Assembly (NCBI RefSeq): GCF_006345805.1
Contig: NC_043007.1
Coordinates: forward strand, 64,294,001 to 64,358,000
Direction: 5' to 3'
Length of the DNA: 64,000 bases
DNA from: Octopus sinensis
Lineage: Eukaryota
In this document: positions 55,170 to 64,000 of the stretch, one piece after another
How positions within the stretch are numbered: position 1 is the first letter of the stretch
Layout: the number at the start of each line of letters is the position of its first letter
Translations under genes and position numbers: made by a program
Notes under the pieces: generated by a model
The model's input: only the letters and a program-made list of their open reading frames with translations
The model's database searches: none
What the model was told of the DNA's origin: nothing

Positions 55170-56165
55170 GAATGCCAAGTATGGATTCAGGACATCTGTA
55201 TACTGCAAGCCGACCTTTACTGGACAACACCTCAACTTCAATTCACACCATTCATACAGTGTAAAGAGAGGAATTGCTTAGTGCCTAAAACATCGTGCAA
55301 AGAATATAAGTAGCAATCGTGATACACACCACGAAGAAATGATCAGGCTCAATAACGATCTGTTAAACAACAACTACCTCCAATTATGAAGAGAGAGGAT
55401 GAGGCCAAAAAACTGTTTACAGTCTGTCTACTCTATGTGAAAGTCTCTCTGAAAAGATACAAAAGATATGTGGCCCATATGACATCAGGACAGTGTTCAA
55501 GAGTACTACAACACTTAGCAAATATCTCCTTCAAGTAAAACCACCAATAGAAGAGAATATGATGAAAGACTGCGTGTACTCCATCCCATGCAGCTGTGGT
55601 AGGTTATACAAAGGCGAAACATGCTGTCCCCTCAAAAAAGAAGGGTAGACATGAGGAGATATTGATAAATCAGGTATAGTTGATCAATATATGGGGAAAT
55701 GGTGACCACCTCCCCCTTGTGGGATGAAGTTAAAATAATAGACAAAGAACACCACTGGAAAATACAGAAACTAAAAGAAGCAGCACATATGCTAGACTAC
55801 AACAACCTCCTAAGCAGACTGAGTGCAGATATGAGCAGCATATGGGAACAGGTATTAAGGAAGGATAGAAAAATATTAGATTTATAAGCCCTAAAATTCA
55901 CTCCATAATCGCCCACGGGCATTTGGTGTAGTGGTTAAGAGTGTGGGCTACTAACCAAGATTCTGAGTTCGATTCCAAGCAGTGACTTGAACAATTATAA
56001 TAATAACATCGGAAAAAAAAAACCTTAGTAATGAGAATTTCCTCAAGACACTTGAAGAAGGTTGGAGGGTATATCAGCCGAAATGTGTTTATCTTGATGT
56101 GAAGATATGTCTTTATATGTTTATGAGGACAAATATCTATTGAATGTAAATAATGTACATAATAG
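55170..56165 (+). mobile_element. 5'-truncated Penelope-like element (RT thumb, GIY-YIG and 3' repeat)
   Basis: SVYCKPTFTGQHLNFNSHHSYSVKRGI (PLE VYRKPT..YL...SHH), CVYSIPCSCGRLYKGET (GIY-YIG) and IIDKEHHWKIQKLKEA, with multiple stops and frameshifts. Confidence 0.85.
55917..55990 (+). repeat. tRNA-derived head with Pol III A and B boxes (not a functional tRNA)
   Basis: A box tggtgtagtgg (55924-55934) and B box gagttcgattcc (55965-55976), with no complete acceptor stem. Confidence 0.7.
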
Positions 56166-56479
56166 AACAGTAGGATTCTTATGAGATAAAAGATAACAGT
56201 CTCAAATTGCCTAATAATAGCAAGAAGTCTCACACCAAAAACAGTCTTTTAGATATTGAAAATACACTCATACTTCCCATGAAAAAGAAAGGGAAGAGAA
56301 ACCCAAGGTAGTTGAAAATATAAAAGGAACCGTAAATTTGCAGTAGAATCTGTCATGTTGATAGAACCATTGTTTATTACAACAGTCACTGACTGCAGAC
56401 TCCAGGAGGTTAAACATTTCCAAAGTGTTTTTCACCTATCCACTGGACAATATGCAAATAAGGAATCATGATGAGTTTT

Positions 56480-57310
56480 TCAACACTGCAGCTCCACACA
56501 GAGAAGAAACAAGTATCCATTTCATTGGTGAGAGGAACTCAGCATCAGGTCTTGATTGTTTTCCGGTTATTGTTTTAAAAACAAGAAAGCTCTTGTAAAA
56601 CTGTTGCCGATTCTTTTACCAGAGTTTCCTTACAAATGGCAACTTTCCCAAAATGTTAGAAAGGAGGAAGTAGAGCAGATGCTAACAAATACAAACCTAT
56701 CTCTCTGACTCCACATGTCTGCAAAGCCATGGAAAACCTTGTCAGAAAGAAGCTGATCACATCTTAGAAGGAAATGACCCACTCATTGACATATATAGCA
56801 TGGCTTTCATGCAGGAAAGATCTGCCTCACATAGCTATTACAACTTTATGAGTACTGAAGCAACAAGTCAACCAGCCAATTGTAGATGTGATATATCTCA
56901 ACTTTGTCGAGGGTTTCAACAAAGTCAGTCATGGGATGATCTGTCACAAATTGCATGACCTTGGTATCATTAGTAAACTAAGGGAATGGTTGTGTGACTT
57001 TTTTTTTTAAGTCACAACCAATGGTCTTCACTCTAATTAATACTAATTGAGTTACCTAGGAAACTGTATTAGTTCATGGTGATTCCCTCAGACACGCTTC
57101 AATCAGATATTCAAACACTCTCACCAGGTATGCTGATGATAAAAAAAAAGTATCACAAGCAATCAAGGACCCCGAAGATACTATGGAAAAATTTGAACAC
57201 GGTATTCAAGTGGGTTTAAGAAGTCAATATGCAACTCAGTGCTGTTTTCAAGTATTCCAATATCGACTCACAAACGTGGCAATCAAAATACACTGGGCCA
57301 AGGAGTCATT
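56480..57310 (+). mobile_element. Decayed CR1-group LINE RT fragment
   Basis: YKPISLTPHVCKAME, HGFHAGK, VDVIYLNF...FNKVSHG (YLDFxKAFDKVxH) and RYADD. Confidence 0.85.
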
Positions 57311-60300
57311 ATGACTGAAAACAATAGTAGAATAGAATATATGTGTGTGTGTGTGTTTGTATATGTAAGTATAGGTATATATACACACACATAGTTTATT
57401 GTTTCCTTAAAAGTATTCCATCCAATAAGGGATAAATATCATTTAATGTACACAATATAAAGATATAAGCTATTAATAGTTGACTTGCATATAGAGTGCT
57501 CAGCCTGAAGAGTGCTTGGAGACACAAGGCATGTTATAAAATCCTGTCTAGGCAAGTGTCTCCAAAGCAAGAAATTATTAGCAACTTGTATCTTTATACT
57601 GTATACATTAAATGATATATGTATGAATTTGTGTTCTGTCCTACTGCATGACACCTTAGCCAAGTGTCTTGTGTTATAGCTCCAGGGCGATAGAAGCCTT
57701 GAGAGTGAATTTTATAGATGAAAATTGAAAGAAACCCATTGTATGAGTTTGCATATGTTCATGTTGCCTTGTCTTGATATTATGTGATAGTTGTAAAATT
57801 ATAAGAAGTGTTGTTTTTTTTCCAATATCCTGCATAAACATGTCTGGTTATGTGGAAATATTACCTTGCTTGGAAACAAGTGAGGGTTGGTGATAGGGAG
57901 GGCATCTAGCTGTAGAAAAATCTGCCTCAATAATACTTTGTCCAACTCATGCAAGCCTGGAAAAGCAGTGATCTCACACACACACACACACACACATGTA
58001 TGTATATGTTCGTATTTATCATTTTATTGTTATTTATCAATTGTTAATATACATCAAGTATTTCACTGAATTTCAGATGCTTTGTAGATTATTTTATTGC
58101 CATTTGAATGGGGCTCTTCTCTTGGGGTTTTTTTTTTTTTATTTTCCTTCTCTTTTGCACATTACATCATGCATTTAATAAAATTCATGTAGTTTTAGGA
58201 GAGGTTGACTCTGATATTTTTGACTGCATTTCCCTTTCCCAGAAAAAAACCTAGCTTTCATAGAAACATCACCTCTCGAGTCATACAAACTTGTTAAATT
58301 TTATGGATTTATTAATTGGTTTTTCTTAACACAAAACCATCATTACTTTCTTTGAATTGTATTTTCCTCCTATTCTGATATGTTTAATAACATGTTTTCT
58401 CATACACTGTTAAAATGATAGCTTATTGATTTTATTGTATCAGTAACTGTTGTAAGTTTATGACTTGAATTGTCAACTACCAACTTAAGATTTTTTTTTT
58501 TTTCATTCATTGTTTGTTATCACTTAAGCATTAGTTGTGAACTGAGAAATATCACACTTGATATGCATCACACAAACTACCTCTGTTATATTTTTGAGGT
58601 TTGAAGAATCCATATAAGTATCTAATTAATTAATTACAATAAAAATTGGATGTAAACATAAGGTACTGAATTACTGATAATAAAAGCAGGAGATAAAATG
58701 TTGCTACATACACATTTATACTCCAAAGCATACTATTGTACTTGTACTGTTGACCTGAATATAGATATAGGTCCCAATTCATAATCAATGTTAATTGTAT
58801 GATATGAGAGTATTCGTTCTGGTCTAGTTATTCGTATGTATATATCTAAAACTGTCAAAATACAATGTCTCTTGCTTGTATGAAATAATGGATATCTTGT
58901 GACAAAATGAAGAATACAAGATCAAAATACACATATAAATTGTATTGGATGACTACATGTATATATGTATCCATATTCACAGGTGTGTGTTTGTGTACAC
59001 GCGCACACACATACACACACACAAATTTCATAATATTTTAACTATGCAAATATTAATGTAACTAAATTGTTTGTAAACCACTGTTTCTCATTTCCTGTAT
59101 CGTATGTGTGTACACACATGCATGTGTTTTCGTTTATAGCCAAATTTTAAAACAGTCCATTATTAAATTGAAGGATCTCAATACTTTTCCATAGAGTAAC
59201 ATATATTTTACAAAGAAATGTCTCTTTGAAGATTCAGCTGTGTTATCATCATTGGACTGCTAATTATTTTGGTTTTGCAAGTCTTAGATATAATTATTTG
59301 TGGTTCATTTTGTGGAAAGAGAAATAAAGCTGTATGTGTGGTATTCTGGAGTATTTTCATTGCATGTATAGAAATACCATTATGTATGTTTTAATTGGGT
59401 GGGAGAAAATTTTGTAGGAATACAAATTAGTAGTAGAATAAATTTGGTGAGAGGAAGCTGAAAGAAAAGAAAAATGAAAATATCTATAGGTGAGAGTAGG
59501 AAAGAATGATGGTAAAAACATTTTTCTGATCAGATATTTAAAGTTGAAATTATTTGGGTGGCTTAATGAATTATTGTTTGTTATTGTTATACTTCATTTG
59601 AGCATGTATGTAAAATATAGGTACTGTGAGATTTGTATAGGAGTACAGATCACGGACAGTTCATACTCAGTTTGTTAAAATTAGCTTTGTTGAATATCTT
59701 CAGATGATTTTTGACACTAAATATGTCAGAAATTAATGGTTGATTATTAATATGGGTGTATATATAGAGGTGAAGGTGATATGTTAGATTTGTATTGGGG
59801 CATAGGTCAAATTTAGGTTAGACACAGCACAGATTCAGTGATTTATGACTGAGTAAGAATTTTGATTTTTCAATATTGGCTTTGTGATGAACTCCAAGTA
59901 ATTATATAATGAGATTTGCAAACAAGCATAATTTACACTCTGATTATGGCTGAAACTTCCAAGTAACTATCAGTATTTTCCTTGTAGCAGTAAAATAATG
60001 CATATGTGTGTGTGCACGCGTACACACACTGTAGTCTTTGTAATATATAGTTGTGAAAATAATACTTATGTTCTACTAGTACATATAATAATATTTCTGA
60101 ATAACAGCTATTACATTTTTCCATGAGTCTCTGTAAACAAAGGACATGTTTATAAGTGTGGAACACGGCCTCCAAATTTCAGTTGATTCACTAGCTCGTT
60201 ACTTTGCCTTGCTTTGGGTACTCATCATCAACCAACCCACTTCTAATATCAAAACTTATTTGTTTCTCTATTGTTACTATTTTGATCACATAACCCTCCA

Positions 60301-62564
60301 TTCTTTTAGATATTCAAACATGTGTATTATCTGAAATTTTTTATTTCTATTCCATATCTAAATCTCAAAACTTTAAATTTCAGATTCTTCTCCCTAGATA
60401 TAAGTAGAGAAATATAGTGGAAAATTCATACCTCTATGTGCTTGTTTAACAGCTGTTGTGAAAGTAAATTCCATGATTTCAAAACAGCATTAACAATTAA
60501 AAGCAAAACCTGATAATTTCCCCAAAAGTTTCCAACCCTGTTGTTTGTGTTACATGTATAAATAGTAGTTTCAGAAAAAAAAAATTCTCTTTTATTATTG
60601 AAAATCTAGTTGCTTAGCTCTGGGTCATCTATGATCAAGCAGAGCAGCCTTGATCACTTAACTTTTTTTAGGAGATGTGGCTATTATTTCTTACTAATCC
60701 GGGAACCATCTAGTTTTATTATCAAACATCTTAAAATAAAGGAGGATTTTTTAAATCTTAAGTCATCATCATATTCTCTGTTGATGGTTAAGGATGATTG
60801 TTAGTATCTTAAATCACAAGTCATTTCAAAAGTGAACACTCCCCTCCACTGGTTTTTCTCCTGAGCTGTTGGGGTCCAACTATAGGTATCAATGTTCAAT
60901 TTTCCTTCTTACATTTGGAATCTGATCATGTTGCTGATACTGTAGGCAATTGTGAGCAGAGTATGTCTCAGTAACTGAGCTTTTCTCCACCCTTTGCACA
61001 TACTCAAACCAGCTGATATTTTACTGTGCCAACATCTCTTCTATGCTGGTGTGCTTGATTTTCAATAAGAAAATGGTGCTGACCTTATCTTTTCAATTGC
61101 TATGAATGATCTACTTTGAGTGCTTCATGAATGCATGCATTATTTTTTTTATATACTTGTTTGCATGCTTGTGATGCATATAATAGTGTGGATAATTACT
61201 TTGCATTTTACTTGGGATATTACAAGCTGCTAGTTCCAGTCATTCCCTCATCCTTTTAAATGCAAAACTGGTCTTAGTGAAGCTGCAATCTACTTTATCA
61301 CTGAAACTACTTTCACTACTGATTGTACTACCTTAGATAAGTAGATTGATTTACCTCTTCTGCCCATCAATAATAATGGGCTTGAATTGTACCATTCGAC
61401 TAAAGTGAGGATTTGGTTGATAAAATAACTTCAGTTTTCCAAATATTAATATTCAAGCCAAACTTTGTAACTACTGCCAAAAGCAAATACTAATATGTCT
61501 GTTTGCAGAGTTAGTTTTGAGGTATAACGCTGGTCTTGTCTGTATGTGTACAATTTCTGTTGAGTTGAAGGATGCCTGCTTGAGCATCTCTGATAAACAA
61601 AGTGAGAATAATGTTGGTTCTAGCATTCAGCCCTGCTTGACTTCAAATGGAATTCATCTGTGTTGCCCAAGCCCTTTTGCTAGTGTTGAGATTGTATCAT
61701 ATAAGCGAACTTTTTCAGATATCCCAACACTCTATGTACTTATCATAGGCCAACCAGTTAAATACAATATTAAATGCATTTGTGAAATCTATGACAACCA
61801 CACAAAGTCTCTTGTTCTGTCCATGATATCTACTGCATCATGATTTTCTCAAAAAATCTTGCTTGAGTAATTATCTTACAAAATGTCTGTATTTGAATAA
61901 GTTCAAATGACTGTAGAACACTTAGGGGAATGTTTGTTAGAACAGTATTAAGCATCTATTATTTCAAAAAGTTCCATAAACTACTGTTTAGATTATCGAA
62001 ACATTGTAAAAATTGATTGAGCATGCTTAACTGCTATGCAGTACTGATGCTAGCATTAAAGCATTTCAATATAGAAAAGTTAGAACTATTGATGGCAATG
62101 TTAATCTCAGTTGGTTTTAAATCACATAAAGCCAGCATAATATTTATCCATCAATACGTTATATTAGACCAAAGAATCTTTGATGAAAATTCGACGAACA
62201 TTTTTTGTTATTTGTGCCAGTATGTACACACATTTATTAATTGCTAGACTTTTTATTTTGTAACACTCAAATTTTTACTTTTACTGTTGCTCAAATAATT
62301 TTACAAATGTGAATAGATTTATCTGTAATTCTCTTTCATATTTTGCTTGCTTTGGATTCATTTTGCTTTTCTTTCTGTTAACTCAACCAATTTAACTGGA
62401 TGTGGTTTTCTGACTGAATATCCTTGAAATATTTGATTTTCTTACAAAAATGCACACTATAACAAGTTTACAAAGACCATTGATCATTCAGCTTTTGTTT
62501 ATTAATTTTATCTAATCTTACATATTTTATTTCAAATTTCCTTTACACCCAAATCCTTATATAA

Positions 62565-62784
62565 CCCTTTTGTTACCATATTTCTGATGAAATACATTCC
62601 CTTTGTTTCAATTAATTTTGAAAATTAGAAGAATTTATTAAAATAACTTCACTGCTAGAAAGCTAGTGTTTGGAATTAAGTCAACATGAAATTTAGATGG
62701 ATGATTTGAAATTAGATCTCTTTAAAACAGAAAATTTCTATCATAGAACCAGGAGCAGTCACTGGCAGGTTGGTATCAAAAGGG
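62565..62784. mobile_element. piggyBac-like (TTAA) MITE
   Basis: ataa|cccttttgttacc ... ggtatcaaaaggg|ttaa. Diverged relatives occur at about 26505-26708 and 32330-32378. Confidence 0.7.
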
Positions 62785-63610
62785 TTAAATATACATTTGT
62801 TTTCCTTTATACATTCGAAACTGTACCAGCTATAGAAGCTGAAATACAATTTAAATTCGTTCACTAAAAACACCTAATGACATACTGCTAATGTTAGATA
62901 TCTCAGTTTTAAGAGGCTTCCAATTGGAATGTTCATTTGAAAATAATGAATTAAGTTTGTCATTTTAGATAATCATTATTAGACAAAGTTTTTTAGATGT
63001 AAAATTTCTTTCTACTTTGTTTCCTTTTCCTTTCTAAATGGATGCTTAACCAATGATAATTAAAACCTTTGGCTTTCAGCTAATTCTATTTTCCTCTCTG
63101 TTATAATTGCTTGTGAAAAAATCCAGTTGTACTTCTGTTTTTGACCAAATTTGTCTGATACATTCTTGGGACTGTTTTTTCTTTTATTTTGGCTCTGATT
63201 TAAATTTTACTCATAACTTTAGACTAAGTATATGAAGAAATTTTTCTAAAATGTTATAAATCTCACATCAATGCATTGCTCCTCCTCAAATCAATAATCA
63301 GGAGGATGCAAAGCTATGCCTATTAAATGACTGAACTGAATTGCACCAAGCATTTGTATGCAATTATTTTTTCTTATTATTTTTAGTTTAACACGCTTAA
63401 CAGTTTTGTCCAATTTAATTGTTATTGGAACTTACCAAACTAGATTTCCTCTCAAGTTAATTACATTTATCAATGTCTAACAATATATTTCATTTGTTTG
63501 CTTCCTCATTGTTATTATTTATGTTGAATGTGGTGAAATCAGAGAACACAGAATGTTTTGTTCATTTCCTATGTGTGCATGTTTGTATAATGTGCTTTTA
63601 TATATGTATG

Positions 63611-63649
<39 letters not shown>

Positions 63650-64000
63650 ACAACCACAACCACATACACACATAAAAACTCAAACTCAAACACCTTCGTA
63701 TATCTACACATACACCAACATTTTGTTCATATTTGTTCAGTTCATTAAATGTTACATGCAAAATATTTACTTCTGTTCAATGTGGCCTTTTTTAATCTTA
63801 ATATCCCCTATTTACAGTTACTTGGTCCTCTTTCCCAAACCTCCATATAAAGCCTTTATCCTTTCATAGCAATTTAGTTTTTTAACCAGAAATATTTTAC
63901 ATAAATGTTTTAGTTAATCCTATTTCAAGTTCCTTTTGGTTTCTTTTTCTTTCTAGTTTTTTAAAAAGAATTTATTCTGCTTTCTATGAAATTATTACAT

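Noticed and set aside
55917-55990. tRNA gene
   Set aside because: It has A and B boxes but no complete cloverleaf or acceptor stem and lies within a retroelement.

Overview
AT-rich, microsatellite- and SINE-laden eukaryotic genomic DNA. The repeat families look like a coleoid cephalopod, probably Octopus, but that is an inference. The whole window appears to lie inside one large + strand gene, a MARK/PAR-1 Ser/Thr kinase. Six exons with consistent splice phases (23639-23751, 24067-24235, 28386-28561, 31859-32037, 37221-37370, 39793-40020) encode the UBA domain and spacer, including the aPKC-site motif RNTFH and the LxKLTSKFSR motif. No kinase-domain or KA1-domain exon is visible, so these presumably lie outside the window. 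The most interesting signal is a set of small, phase-compatible, open candidate cassette/microexons that the ORF track misses. Two (21 and 51 nt) would insert at the start of the UBA domain. Two more (33 and 36 nt), plus several stop-bearing candidate exons, lie between SKFSR and the missing KA1 exon and could switch KA1 on or off. The introns also hold decayed Tc1, mariner, Gypsy, CR1/Jockey-like, R4/Dong-like and Penelope-like elements, MITEs and SINEs. Several fold-back inverted repeats would form long dsRNA in the pre-mRNA. The Penelope-like fragment ends in a tRNA-like head followed by a hammerhead-like motif. No prokaryotic-type system such as CRISPR is supported.
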